A stretch of 64,000 nucleotides of DNA from Eledone cirrhosa. Taxonomy: Eukaryota. The stretch covers positions 268,460,001-268,524,000 of the forward strand of contig OZ024741.1 of assembly GCA_964016885.1 (NCBI GenBank), in the 5' to 3' direction. Below the pieces are notes generated by a model, which saw nothing but the letters and a program-made list of their open reading frames with translations, was not told the DNA's origin and searched no databases. This document shows positions 50,321 through 64,000 of this stretch, piece after piece. A program made the translations under genes and the position numbers. How positions within the stretch are numbered: the first letter of the stretch is position 1; the number at the start of each line of letters is the position of its first letter.

Positions 50321-50613
50321 AATCTAGCTTTTCATCTTTCAAACGTCCAAACTTTCCTGGCCTGTTGCAACTTTTGGGCTCTATCTACTATACCATTACA
50401 TCGCCATGTTACCTTTTTTCTAGTTAGAACTTTGTTCAGTCCACAGTTCTGGTCTCTGGATTGCAACAAGTTGTTTTGTAAAAATTCCTACTTTATTTTA
50501 TGTTAGAAGACTCTTTCTGGTTCTTCTTGCACATCATCGAACCTATGTCTGACTGAGAGATCTTCCAATTTCTTTCCTCAAATATTCCTGTATCCTGGTA
50601 TGTATGAAGTAAA

Positions 50614-51290
50614 TCTGGTGGCTTGCATGTTCACCTGATTGATAGGTGGTCTGGTGGCTTGTATGTTCACCTGATTGATAGGTGATCTAGTGGCTTGTAT
50701 GTTCACCTGATTGATAGGTGGTCTGGTGGCTTGTATGTTTTCCTGATGGCTTGCATGTTTTCCTGATTGATAGGTGGTCTGGTGGCTTGCATGTTCACCT
50801 GATTGATAGGTGGTCTGGTGGCTTGCATGTTCACCTGATTGATAGGTGGTCTGGTGGCTTGTATGTTCACCTGATTGATAGGTGGTCTGGTGGCTTGTAT
50901 GTTCACCTGATTGATGGGTGGTCTGGTGGCTTGTATGTTCACCTGATTGATAGGTGGTCTGGTGGCTTGTATGTTCACCTGATTGATAGGTGGTCTGGTG
51001 GCTTGTATGTTCACCTGATTGATAGGTGATCTAGTGGCTTGTATGTTCACCTGATTGATAGGTGATCTAGTGGCTTGTATGTTCACCTGATTGATAGGTG
51101 ATCTAGTGGCTTGTATGTTCACCTGATTGATAGGTGGTCTGGTGGCTTGTATGTTCACCTGATTGATAGGTGATCTAGTGGCTTGTATGTTCACCTGATT
51201 GATAGGTGGTCTGGTGGCTTGTATGTTCACCTGATTGATGGGTGGTCTGGTGGCTTGTATGTTCACCTGATTGATAGGTGGTCTGGTGAT
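50614..51290. repeat. 36-bp minisatellite (~18 copies)
   Basis: Unit TGGTCTGGTGGCTTGTATGTTCACCTGATTGATAGG; 12-aa periodicity in the ORF track. Confidence 0.97.
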
Positions 51291-52064
51291 TGGCTGGTTT
51301 CCTGAACTTAGTGTTTTTAAATAGGTGGGTCCGTTTGTGTTGCCTATCTCCAAGAGCCTTGATCCCTCCTCTTTCCTCATAACATTACCACAGCCTCCAT
51401 ATGTCCCGGATTACTCATGTGGATATTGACTAGCTGTGCTAATGGGGTCACTATCACTTGTTATCATAGAGGTTTGTATGAGGGCTTCATAAAAACTATC
51501 CTTTTACTCATCTGTTAGATCATATTGTGGCACACATGCAAAAATAACTGCTGTTATGTTATCCATGACTAGTCTTAGCTTAATTATTCTGTTCTATCAG
51601 TATATATTGTTACATTGAATATTCTCTCAAGATTTGTACATTTAAATGTCTGCTCATCAACAATTTATATGTAAAACATAGACAAAACAGGGGGGGGGGG
51701 GATGCATGTGTGTATTCCAGTTTTTAGAATATGTACACTGAAAGTTTTGGTGCTAGGAATGGCATTCAATCATAAAGTATTGCCTCAGAAACTTTCATCC
51801 AACCCATGTCAGCATGGGAGGGTGAATGTAATGATGACAATGATGATAATAAATAAACATGAAATATGCTAATGCATGGTTTTGTTCGTTGGGAGTTGTA
51901 ATGAATCCCTTAGTAAGGATTTTCTCACACATTTAATTGTATTCAGAATATCTGGGAATATAATTGATTTTTCCATTAATTGAAATAGTTTATTTTCAGT
52001 AGTTTTTGCTTGCAAAATTGTCCTTGGACAATGACTAAAATATAGAACTGGAATTTTTCTGAAG

Positions 52065-52450
52065 GCATCATCATTATAATCAGTTTTGTGTTCATTTTTC
52101 CATGTTGACATGGGTTGGACAAGATGTTTTAAGGCAGAATTCTGTAGCTGGATGCCAAACAGCATGCCAAATGCCAAACAGCTTTTTTTTTTTTTTGAGT
52201 AAGGAGTAAGGTACAGATTTTGTATGTATCTATCTGCTGAGTGGCGGAGATCTCTGTTTACAAGGAATGTAAAGAAATATCACTATGAAGAAAAGAGGCA
52301 AGTATAAACGCACACATATACATATATTAGAGACTTCCTTGGTCAGCCTAAGGCTATATTGGAAGATAATTACCCTAGATGACACGCAGTGGGATAGAAA
52401 CCAAGACCACATGGTTACAAACCAAACATCTTAATCGTGCAGGCATACCT
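52065..52450 (-). mobile_element. Decayed family-D SINE with RTE-like tail
   Basis: catcatcatt...tttccatgttgacatgggttggac...ctgtagctggatgcc...gcagtgggatagaaacc. Confidence 0.55.
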
Positions 52451-53089
52451 GTACTTTATTAGTAGAAAACGTTTTTGTTTTAAAAAAATGTGGTGTGTGT
52501 GTTTTCAGGTGTATCTTTTTTTACGTAGTTATTGTTGTTGTTAACCTGATGGAACAGACATGACCAAAAAATTTCAGTCACAAGGGTTCTGATATTTGAG
52601 ATGTATGTAGGACTACATATTCAATGTATCTTGGCTTACTTTTCAAGAGGGTAAGGTGCAAGTTGAGGAAGATGTGATTGTTATTTCTAACAAGTCAAGC
52701 AACTATAAAAAGGCTAATTAATTGTCTTGTTTTAAAAATAATTGTTTAGTTTGATAGCCTTGGCAAACATTTCTTAGTTCAGCTATTTTCTTTCTTTCTT
52801 CTACTGGTTTTTGTCATTAGACCGGTCATGCTGGGACACCGTCTTGAAGGGATTTAGTTGGTTATATCGACTTTGGTTCATATTTTATTGACCTCTATTT
52901 GTCAAACTGCAAAGTTTTAGGACATAAACAAAAGGTAAATATAAACACAAACACGAAGACATATATATCTACATTCACCCCCCCCCCCCACATATATATA
53001 TATTGCTATTTACCAAATTAGCACAATGTATATATATATATGTATCAATAGATGATGATATCAATCACTTAGTCAGGAGGAAGGACTAT

Positions 53090-53312
53090 GTGAAGGTGTG
53101 TGGCTTAGTGGTGAGAGAGATGGATTCACAATTGTCAGGTTGTGTGTTTTGACACCTGGACCAGGGGATGCATTATGTCTTTGAGAAAGACACTTTATTT
53201 CACATTGTGACTGGTAGATAGTATGAACATTGGAACAATTGTTTCCTTGGGTGGAATTCATCAGATTGAACCAACTTAGTAAGCGAATGAGGTCTGGGAT
53301 CTTGTCGATCAT
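53090..53312 (+). mobile_element. tRNA-derived SINE (family-B-like head)
   Basis: gaaggtgtgtggcttagtggt...cctggaccag...aagacactttatttcacatt. Confidence 0.6.
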
Positions 53313-53448
53313 TTAAAAAAAGAAGAAAAAAAAAGGGAGCTCCAAGACTGTTAGTGTGAAATGATGGAAAGTATCCTTAAATTAGAAACTTAGCCTAATG
53401 CTTGTCACAAAGTGAACACCATTGAAGACACCTAATGACTAGGTGGAT

Positions 53449-53700
53449 GAAGGTACATAGCTTAGTGGTTACAGTGTTGGACTTACTAATAATATTATGA
53501 GTTCAACTCCTGGACCAGATGGCACATTGTTTTTCAGCAAAAAATTTCATTTCACGTTGCTCCAGTAGTAGCTGGGAGTTAATCCAGCAATGGACTGGAG
53601 GGTAAGGGAAGTCTTGTACCTTCAGTCACTTAATGCCAAAGAAACCAATATAAGCACCGGTCTGATGAGCCTCTGGTCTTGGAACAGGAAGGATTAGGTT
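53449..53700 (+). mobile_element. tRNA-derived SINE with a conserved-domain-like body
   Basis: A-box tagcttagtgg and B-box gagttcaactcc, then aatccagcaatggactgg...gaaacc...aagcaccggtctgatgagcc, resembling widespread metazoan SINE bodies. Confidence 0.6.
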
Positions 53701-54254
53701 GTGACGTTTAACTGGGCAGCTGATTAACCCTTTTAATGAAATATGTGGCCTATGCACTTCAAATAATTTGGAAAATAATCAAGAATTTGGAGGGATTTAA
53801 TAATATAACTTTCTCATTTTTAAACAGATGCTTGTAGCATAATGTAACAAAAGTTCTTGCTTAAAATTATGATGGAAACACTTTAAAATAAACAGTTCTG
53901 TATCATAGAACCAGAGTTAAGTTTATTATCTAAGTAGGCCATAGCAGGGTTTGAACTTAGAACACATGTAACTTCTATAGACTTAAAAATCCTCTGTGAG
54001 TTGTTTGTAATATTTTGTATATTTTCCATATATATTTATGCATAAGTTGCAAATTTTTCTCAAAATTTCTACATGAAAACCCAACATGTCATTTATCTAC
54101 TGGACCTATAAAACCACAATTCAAAATATATACATGTACTACATTGAAATTAAGGTGTGTAAAATGGAGGTGCAATGTATTTGCCATTGCAACCTGTACA
54201 TAAATATATATATATAGTAATTTCTGGTAGTTGATATCAATAGAGTAGGTGTTA

Positions 54255-54560
54255 GGCAGTGAATCAGCAGAGGTTTAAAAATGTTGGCTAGAATGCTTTG
54301 CAGTATTTGTTCCAGCACCAAGCACTCTGAGTTCAAATATTGCCAAGGTCTATTTTACCTTTCATCCTTTGCGAGTTGATAGAAAAAAGTACTAGTTCAG
54401 CACTGGACTCAATTCTTCTTCTATAGCTTTTCCTGGAAGAAATTGGCTGTGTTCAGACCTGGAGAGGGTGTGGACTTTGTCAGGTTTTTTTTTTTAAATG
54501 CCCAAGAACTGCTGTATGTCATTAAATGCCTATACGACTCCACAAGGAGTTATAAGTAGA
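54255..54560 (+). mobile_element. Family-A SINE with 3' extension
   Basis: ggcagtgaatcagcag...gagttcaaat...ggaagaaattggctgtgttcagacctggagaggg...tttaaatgcccaag. Confidence 0.7.
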
Positions 54561-54807
54561 GAGAAAGAAGATTAGGTGTTCAATTTATGGTTGTTTAAAT
54601 GTTATACCCTGAAAAATATAGGTTTAATGAAATAGTATAGTTTATATGAAACATGGTGAGATATGTAATAAATAATAATGAGTGTTGGGAAAGTTGGTAC
54701 AATGATTTCATCATCATCACCATCATCATCAGATGCATCATCTTCCTCTTCCTCCTGGGAGGTTCATGATGGCAGAGTCCTCTGACACACCTTCCAGAGA
54801 GTCCTGT

Positions 54808-57800
54808 CAGTAACAACATATGACATACATAATAGTAATGACATATATAACAGTTACAGCATATGACATATATAACAGTAACAGCATATGACATACAGAA
54901 TAGTAACACCATATGACGTACATAACAGTAACAGCATATGACATATATAACACTAACAGCATATGACATATATAACAGTAACAACATATGACATATATAA
55001 CACTAACAGCATATGACATATATAACAGTAACAGCATATGACATAGATAACAGTAACAACATATGACATACATAACAGTAACAGCATATGACATATATAA
55101 CAGTAACAACATATGAAATATATAACAGTAACAACATATGACATACATAACAGTAACAACATATGACACACATAACAGTAACAACATATGACACACAAAA
55201 CAGTAACAACATATGACATATATAACAGTAACAACATATGACATATATAACAGTAACAACATATGACATATATAACAGTAACAACATATGACATATATAA
55301 CAGTAACAACATATGACATATATAACAGTAACAACATATGACATAGATAACAGTAACAACATATGACATACATAACAGTAACAGCATATGACATATATAA
55401 CAGTAACAACATATGAAATATATAACAGTAACAACATATGACATATATAACAGTAACAGCATATGACATATATAACAGTAACAGCATATGACATATATAA
55501 CAGTAACAACATATGACATACATAACAGTAACAACATGACATATATAACAGTAACAACATATGACATATATAACAGTAACAACATATGACATATATAACA
55601 GTAACAACATATGACATACATAACAATAACAGCATATGACATACATAACAGTTACAGCATATGACATACATAACAGTAGCAACATATGACATACATAACA
55701 GTAACAACATATGACATACATAACAGTAACAACATATGACATACATAAGTTACAGCATATGACATACATAACAGTAACAACATATGACATATATAACAGT
55801 AACAGCATATGACATATATAACAGTAACAACATATGACATATATAACAGTAACAACATATGACATACATAACAGTAACAACATATGACATATATAACAGT
55901 AACAACATATGACATATATAACAGTAACAGCATATGCCATATATAACAGTAACAACATATGACATACATAACAGTAACAGCATATGACATACATAACAGT
56001 AACAGCATATGACATACATAACAGTAACAACATATGACATACATAACAGTAACAGCATATGACATACATACAGTAACAACATATGACATACATAACAGTA
56101 ACAACATATGACATATATAACAGTAACAACATATGACATATATAACAGTAACAGCATATGACATATATAACAGTAACAACATATGACATATATAACAGTA
56201 ACAGCATATGACATATATAACAGTAACAACATATGACATATATAACAGTAACAACATATGACATATATAACAGTAACAGCATATGACATATATAACAGTA
56301 ACAACATATGACATACATAACAGGAACAACATATGACATACATAACAGTAACTACATATGACATACATAACAGTAACAACATATGACATACATAACAGTA
56401 ACAACATATGACATACATAACAGTAACAGCATATGACATACATAACAGTAACAGCATATGACATACATAACAGTAACAACATATGACATACATAACAGTA
56501 ACAGCATATGACATATATAACAGTAACAGCATATGACATATATAACAGTAACATGACATACATAACAGTAACAACATATGACATACATAACAGTAACAAC
56601 ATATGACATACATAACAGTAACAACATATGACATATATAACAGTAACAGCATATGACATATAAAACAGTAACAACATATGACATACATAACAGTAACAAC
56701 ATATGACATACATAACAGTAACAACATATGACATACATAACAGTAACAACATATGACATATATAACAGTAACATATGACATACATAACAGTAACAACATA
56801 TGACGTACATAACAGTAACAACATATGACGTACATAATAGTAACAACATATGACATATATAACAGTAACAACATATGACATATATAACAGTAACAACATA
56901 TGACATACATAACAGTAACAACATATGACATATATAACAGTAACAGCATATGACATACATAACAGTAACAACATATGACGTACATAACAGTAACAACATA
57001 TGACATACATAACAGTAACAACATATGACATATATAACAGTAACAACATGACATACATAGTAACAACATATGACATATATAACAGTAACATATGACATAT
57101 ATAACAGTAACAACATATGACATATATAACAGTAACAACATATGACATACATAACAGTAACAACATATGACATACATAACAGTAACAACATATGACATAT
57201 AAAACAGTAACAGCATATGACATACATAACAGTAACAACATATGACATACATAACAGTAACAACATATGACATATATAACAGTAACAACATATGACATAC
57301 ATAACAGTAACAACATATGACATATATAACATTAACAACATATGACATACATAACAGTAACAGCATATGACATATAGAACAGTAACAGCATATAACAGCA
57401 TATGACATATATAACAGTAACAGCATATGACATATATAACAGTAACAGCATATGACATATATGACATGTATAACAGTAACAGCATATGACATATATAACA
57501 GTAACAACATATGACATATATAACAGTAACAACATATGACATATATAACAGTAACAACATATGACATATATAACAGTAACAACATATGACATACATAACA
57601 GTAACAACATATGACATATATAACAGTAACAGCATATGACATATATAACAGTAACAACATATGACATACATAACAGTAACAACATATGACATATATAACA
57701 GTAACAGCATATGACATATATAACAGTAACAACATATGACATACATAACAGTAACAGCATATGACATATATAACAGTAACAGCATATGACATATATAACA

Positions 57801-60000
57801 GTAACAACATATGACATACATAACAGTAACAACATATGACATACATAACAGTAACAACATATGACATATATAACAGTAACAGCATATGACATATATAACA
57901 GTAACAACATGACATATAACAGTAACAGCATATGACATATATAACAGTAACAGCATATGACATATATAACAGTAACAACATGACATATAACAGTAACAGC
58001 ATATGACATAACAGTAACAACATATGACATATATCACATACATAATAGTAACAACATATGACATACATAACAGTAACAACATATGACATACATAACAGTA
58101 ACAGCATATGACATATATAACAGTAACAACATATGACATACATAATAGTAACAACATATGACATACATAACAGTAACAACATGACATATATAACAGTAAC
58201 AACATATGACATACATAATAGTAACAACATATGACATACATAATAGTAACAACATATGACATACATAACAGTAACAGCATATGACATACATAACAGTAAC
58301 AACATATGACATACATAACAGCAACAACATATGACATATATAACAGCAACAACATATGACATATATAACAGTAACAACATATGACATATATAACAGTAAC
58401 AGCATATGACATACATAACAGTAACAGCATATGTCATACATAACAGTAACAACATATGAAATATATAACAGTAACAGCATATGACATACATAACAGTAAC
58501 AACATATGACATATATAACAGTAACAACATATGACATATATAACAGTAACAACATATGACATATATAACAGTAACAGCATATGACATAACAGTAACAACA
58601 TATGACATATATCACATACATAACAGTAACATATGACATATATAACAGTAACAGCATATGACATACATAACAGTAACAACATATGACATATATAACAGTA
58701 ACAACATATGACATATATAACAGCAACAACATATGACATACATAACAGTAACAACATATGACATATATAACAGTAACAACATATGACATACATAACAGTA
58801 ACAACATATGACATATATAACAGCAACAACATATGACGTACATAACAGTAACAACATATGACATATATAACAGCAACAACATATGACATACATAACAGTA
58901 ACAACATATGACATATATAACAGTAACAACATATGACATATATAACAGTAACAACATATGACATACATAACAGTAACAACATATGACATATATAACAGTA
59001 ACAACATATGACATATATAACAGTAACAACATATGACATATATCACATACATAACAGTAACAACATATGACATATATAACAGTAACAGCATATGACGTAC
59101 ATAACAGTAACAACATATGACATATATAACAGTAACAACATATGACATATATAACAGTAACAACATATGACATATATAACAGTAACAACATATGACATAC
59201 ATAACAGTAACAACATATGACATATATAACAGTAACAACATATGGCATACATAACAGTAACAACATATGACATATATAACAGCAACAACATATGACATAC
59301 ATAACAGTAACAACATATGACATATATAACAGTAACAACATATGACATACATAACAGTAACAACATATGACATATATAACAGTAACAACATATGACGTAC
59401 ATAATAGTAACAACATATGACATATATAACAGTAACAGCATATGACATACATAACAGTAACAACATATGACGTACATAACAGTAACAACATATGACATAT
59501 ATAACAGTAACAACATATGACATATATAACAGTAACAACATATGACATACATAACAGTAACAACATATGACATACATAACAGTAACAACATATGACATAT
59601 ATAACAGTAACAACATATGACATACATAACAGTAACAACATATGACATATATAACAGTAACAACATATGACGTACATAATAGTAACAACATATGACATAT
59701 ATAACAGTAACAGCATATGACATACATAACAGTAACAACATATGACGTACATAACAGTAACAACATATGACATATATAACAGTAACAACATATGACATAT
59801 ATAACAGTAACAACATATGACATACATAACAGTAACAACATATGACATACATAACAGTAACAACATATGACATATATAACAGTAACAACATATGACATAT
59901 ATAACAGTAACAACATATGACATATATAACAGCAACAACATATGACATACATAACAGTAACAACATATGACATATATAACAGCAACAACATATGACATAT
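54808..60000. repeat. 25-bp satellite array (~5.2 kb, ~200 units)
   Basis: Unit ATAACAGTAACA(A/G)CATATGACATA(T/C); 25-aa periodicity in the translations; stray units at 60527-60560 and 60755-60838, and an inverted unit at ~61248-61266. Confidence 0.98.
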
Positions 60001-60526
60001 TTTGTAGCCATTTTCTCAGTCATTTTCGCCTTTTTAGCAAGCTTGCACTTTAGGGAGATGGCGATGTAGAACTGTTCCAATGGGTCAAAAAGTATAAATC
60101 AGAAGGCGTAGTTTTTGTAGAAAAATAATTTAAAAATTTTTTTTTATTGGTTTGAATACATTAACAAAGTGTAATCAACAAGATGTTAGTGAGACGGGCA
60201 CTAATTTATCCTTAATTAGTGTCAGGGATTGGAATATTCGATAAAACAAAGTTGACGGATAAATGGTAAATCCCTGAAAGGGCATCTAAGAACTACTCTC
60301 AATGTTAGAGAGAAAAATCAAAAACAGTGGGAAAGCTAGTTAAGAGCTGTTACACTACCAACGTCCAATATGCAACTACTAGCTAGTTTTGCAAAAGGCG
60401 CATTCTACTGCTGGTCGGAAATGGTTATTTGTATTCATACGTCACCAACCCTACAGGGCTGGTGACTGACCAAGCATGACCAAATTACACTGCTGCGATA
60501 AAATAGTACTATCATGTCTCGCTACA
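60001..60526. mobile_element. Insertion into the satellite, candidate solo LTR
   Basis: TGTAGC (60003) ... GCTACA (60526) inverted termini; CATAT on both flanks. Confidence 0.45.
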
Positions 60527-60560
60527 CATATAACAGTAACAACATATGGCATATATAATA

Positions 60561-60748
60561 GTTGTTTCTACTTTAGGCACAAGGCCAGCAATTATCCAGT
60601 ACATTACTGGTACTTTATTTTATTGACCCCACAAGGATGAAAGGCAAAGTTAACCTCGGCGGGATTTGAACTCAGACTGTAAAGGGACGTAATTATGCTA
60701 GAAAGCATGGCGTCCAACCCTCTACCGATACTGCCAATTCACCGCCCT
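60561..60748 (-). mobile_element. Young family-A SINE
   Basis: Reverse complement of the 37583-37765 type. Confidence 0.85.
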
Positions 60749-60844
60749 ATTGCATATATAATAGTAATAACATGACATAACAATAACAACATATGACATA
60801 ACAGTAACAACACATAACATAACAGTAACAACACATAAAGGGTA

Positions 60845-61070
60845 AATTGTTTTAACAGGTAACAAGTGGTAGAGACAGAAACTTCAGTAAAAATTGACAT
60901 TGTTTTAACAGTGAACAGGTGTTACAGAGAAACTTCAGTAAAAATTGACATTGTTTTAACAGTGAACAGGTGTTACAGAGAAACTTCAGTAAAAATTGAC
61001 ATTGTTTTTTAGAGAGAGAGAGACTACAGTGAAAACTGACATTGTTTTAACAGTGAACAAGTGGTACTAG
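60845..61070. repeat. 51-bp tandem repeat (~4 copies)
   Basis: ACTTCAGTAAAAATTGACATTGTTTT recurs at 60881, 60932 and 60983. Confidence 0.9.
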
Positions 61071-61295
61071 TCTACAGTATGTGGGGTGGGGGGTGGGGGG
61101 GGGGATACTTTAAAGTGTAATATTTTATAGAAATTCTCTTAAGAAATTCTTTTAAGGAAACTTGTTTCTTAGAATATTCTCATATATATATATATATATG
61201 TTACTGATGTATATATTGTATATACATTATATATATACATTACTGATATGTCATATGTTGTTACTGCTGTATACGTTATATAGGTTTATAAATAA

Positions 61296-61740
61296 CTAGC
61301 AGTGGTACCCGGCGTTGCACGCGATAAGGTATTTTGGAACGCGGGCCGCCAACAGACCTAATCGTGGAAAAACTGCATGCTTGGACAATATGTAAAGAAA
61401 ATAAACCGAATACTTTGATGGCTGGATAATCTTTAAGATTTTCCTCGATGAAACAAGAAAAATACAGGTTTTCACCTAATGCGGCCCCTAGGGGATCAAG
61501 AAAATGAATTTTGTTTATGTACATAATATGCCTTGAAATTTCGGCAAAATCGGCTAGTCGTAACGCCTAAAAAAAGCCCTAAAAACCTGAAAAAATGAAG
61601 TTCTTCACTTAATGCGGGCCCTAGGCCATAAAAAAGTTGGATTTTCTTTGTTCACAGTATGAAGAAGAGATTGACTAATACATAGTTACAATTTCAAGGA
61701 AATCAGTCTGACGTAATGTCTCAAAACACCCCTAAAAACC
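61296..61740 (-). mobile_element. Non-autonomous Helitron family 1, second copy (3' part)
   Basis: Colinear with 12522-12965; ends CGCGTGCAACGCCGGGTACCACTGCTAG|T on the minus strand. Confidence 0.85.
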
Positions 61741-61890
61741 AACCTCACCTAAATCACACATGTACACACTCACCAGGAGAATGTTTTGCCATTTTAGGGG
61801 GTTCCAATTCAGCCCTCTGGGTCATCAGCATGTGGAAGGCCGATATTGTCCGCACTATTACATTATATATATATATTATATATATACATA

Positions 61891-63484
61891 CTTGTGAGGC
61901 AGTTACGGGAAATGTACCTAGCTAGAAGTAAGCCACTCTAGCTGGCATTTGTCGATCTCGAGAAAGCCTTTGACAGAGTTCCCCGTGCTATAATCTGGTG
62001 GGCTCTTAGAAAACTAGGAGTAGATGAATGGCTACTGAAAGCTGTACAAGACATGTATAGGGGAGCAGTCAGCAAAGTTAGGATTAGCAATGAGTATAGC
62101 TAGGAATTTAGCGTACAGGTCGGTGTCCACCAGGGCTCCGTTCTTAGCCCTCTGCTGTTCATCATAGTCCTGCAGGCAATAATGGAGGAGTTTAACACCG
62201 GATGCCCATGGGAACTCCTGTATGCAGATGACCTCGCACTTATAGCCTAATCTATGGTAGAACTAGAGAAGAAATTCCAAACTTGGAAGCAGGAACTAGA
62301 AAGAAAGCGTCTCAAAGTCAACATGACAAAGATTAAGGTCCTTGTAAGTAGATGAGAAACAGAACCCAGACCCCCTCAGGGAAATGGCCTTACTCAGTAT
62401 GTAGGAAAGGTGTAGGTAGGAACTCCATTCTCTGCCCCAAATGCAAACAATGGGTACACAAGAGATGTAGCTGGATCTCAGGAAGCTTAATTAAGAATGT
62501 AGGCTTCACATGCAGCAGCTGTGCTGGGACAGCAAGCAGCAAACAGCCACAGGAAACAAGTACCACCAAACTCTGGGAGGGCTCTGTAGAAACAGTAGAC
62601 AGCTTCTACTACCTAGGTGACCGAATTAGCAGCGGAGGTGGATGTTCAGAAAGTACAATAACTAGGGTAAGAACGGGATGGAAGAAGTTCAGAGAGCCAC
62701 TGCTAGCTGCAAAAGGCTTTTCCCTCAAAATGAAGGGCAGATAGTATGATGCGTGTATACGAACAGCAATGTTACATGGTAGTGAGACCTGGGCGCTGAA
62801 GGTGGAAAACTTGCGTAGATTAGAAAGAAACGAAGCCAGCATGCTCTGATGGATGTGTAATAGTAATATACGCGAACGTCAAAACATAAATGAATTGCGA
62901 GAGAGACTGAGCATAAGAAGAATCAAATGCTGCGTGCAGGAGAGGCAGTTGCGTTGGTATGGACATGTGATGCGTATGAAGGATGACAGTTACATAAAAA
63001 GGTGCAGAACACTAGAAGTCGATGGAAACCGCGGAGTGAGGAGCCCGAAAAAGACCTGGGATGAGGTGATAAAAGCCTACCTTACCCAATTACACCTCTC
63101 AAAGGTGATGACACACGACCGTGACCTCTGGCGTCACGCAGTAATACAGAAGACCCAACCTCCCACGAGTACATGCCGAAGCTCAAGCATATAGACAATA
63201 TGCCCCCACACCCTCCCACTGCAAAGTGGTTGTGGAGGTGCCACGGCAAAAAAGCACCCAGCCCACACTGTAAAGTGGACGTTTAGGCGCCACAGAAAAA
63301 AAAGCACCCAGCACTCACTGTAAATGAGGTTGGTGTTAGGAAGGGCATCCAGCTTTAGAAATCAAGCCAGAATCAGTTCCCGTATGAACAAGACAAGGTC
63401 AGCCGACCGGACACTGCCCATAACAGGACAACCCGTCTAAATCATGCTAGCGTGGAAGAACAGACGTAAAACGGTGATGATGAT
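61891..63484 (+). mobile_element. RTE-clade LINE, 5'-truncated and pseudogenised
   Basis: Colinear with 30157-31745; stops at 62101, 62248, 62352, 62742 and 62847 plus indels; full 3' UTR and GAT tail; flanked by (TA)n. Confidence 0.96.
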
Positions 63485-63579
63485 TATATATATATACATT
63501 ATATATATACATATTATATATATATATATATATTATATTATATTGTTTAACACTGATATATATATACATATTATATATA

Positions 63580-63628
<49 letters not shown>

Positions 63629-63644
63629 ATTGTTTAACAGTTTA

Positions 63645-63675
<31 letters not shown>

Positions 63676-63697
63676 ATATTATATATATATATATATG

Positions 63698-63730
<33 letters not shown>

Positions 63731-64000
63731 ATATATGATATATATATATGATATATATATAATATATATATATGATATATATATAAATATATTATATATA
63801 TGATATATATATATTATATATATATATGATATATATATATATTATATATATATATGATATATATATAAATATATTATATATATGATATATATTATATTAT
63901 ATATATATATGATATATATATATATTATATATATAAGATATATATATAAGATATATATATATGATATATATATATATAATATATATATGATATAATATAT
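63485..64000. repeat. (TA)n array with TGA/TTA interruptions
   Basis: Direct inspection. Confidence 0.97.

Larger units (their letters stand above)
48900..51600 (-). mobile_element. Highly decayed RTE LINE (endonuclease and RT remnants) interrupted by a SINE and a minisatellite
   Basis: Remnants EEGSRLLE (~51370), NTKFRKPANH (~51300), VHQGSV (~49810), LLYADDL (~49725), KWPCSI (~49560), VDNFRYL (~49350), RMKDDS (~49020). Confidence 0.8.

Noticed and set aside
50614-51290. 36-bp repeats as a CRISPR array
   Set aside because: Units are contiguous with no unique spacers, there are no cas genes, and the context is eukaryotic.
50703-51380. 225-aa repeat protein gene
   Set aside because: The open frame follows from a unit length divisible by 3 inside a dead LINE; there is no independent coding evidence.
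53655-53690. CTGATGAG as a second hammerhead
   Set aside because: No properly placed GAAA closing a stem II; it is part of a SINE 3' region.
54807-60080. Long Cys-rich ORFs (MLLLLYMSYVVTV...)
   Set aside because: 25-bp satellite read in all three minus-strand frames; not a metallothionein or keratin-like gene.

Overview
AT-rich, repeat-saturated animal genomic DNA. The SINE/LINE repertoire and very large (TA)n arrays suggest a cephalopod (octopus-like) genome, which is an inference. No host protein-coding gene can be supported, and most long ORFs in the track are translations of microsatellites or satellites. Retroelements: three young RTE-clade LINE copies whose RT carries an inserted C4HC3 (PHD-type) finger, several decayed RTE and Rex3/Expander-like fragments, a frameshifted Penelope-like element matching the Hydra clade and embedded in (TA)n, a ~600-bp bipartite RTE-derived element, a possible solo LTR, and many tRNA-derived SINEs. 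DNA elements: tandem non-autonomous Helitrons and piggyBac-like and Tc1/mariner MITEs. RNA motif: a minimal hammerhead-ribozyme core. Tandem repeats: multi-kb (TA)n-derived arrays, a 36-bp minisatellite amplified from a LINE endonuclease segment, and a 5.2-kb 25-bp satellite. There is a 200-N assembly gap at 29935-30134. All calls are by eye; no database searches were run.
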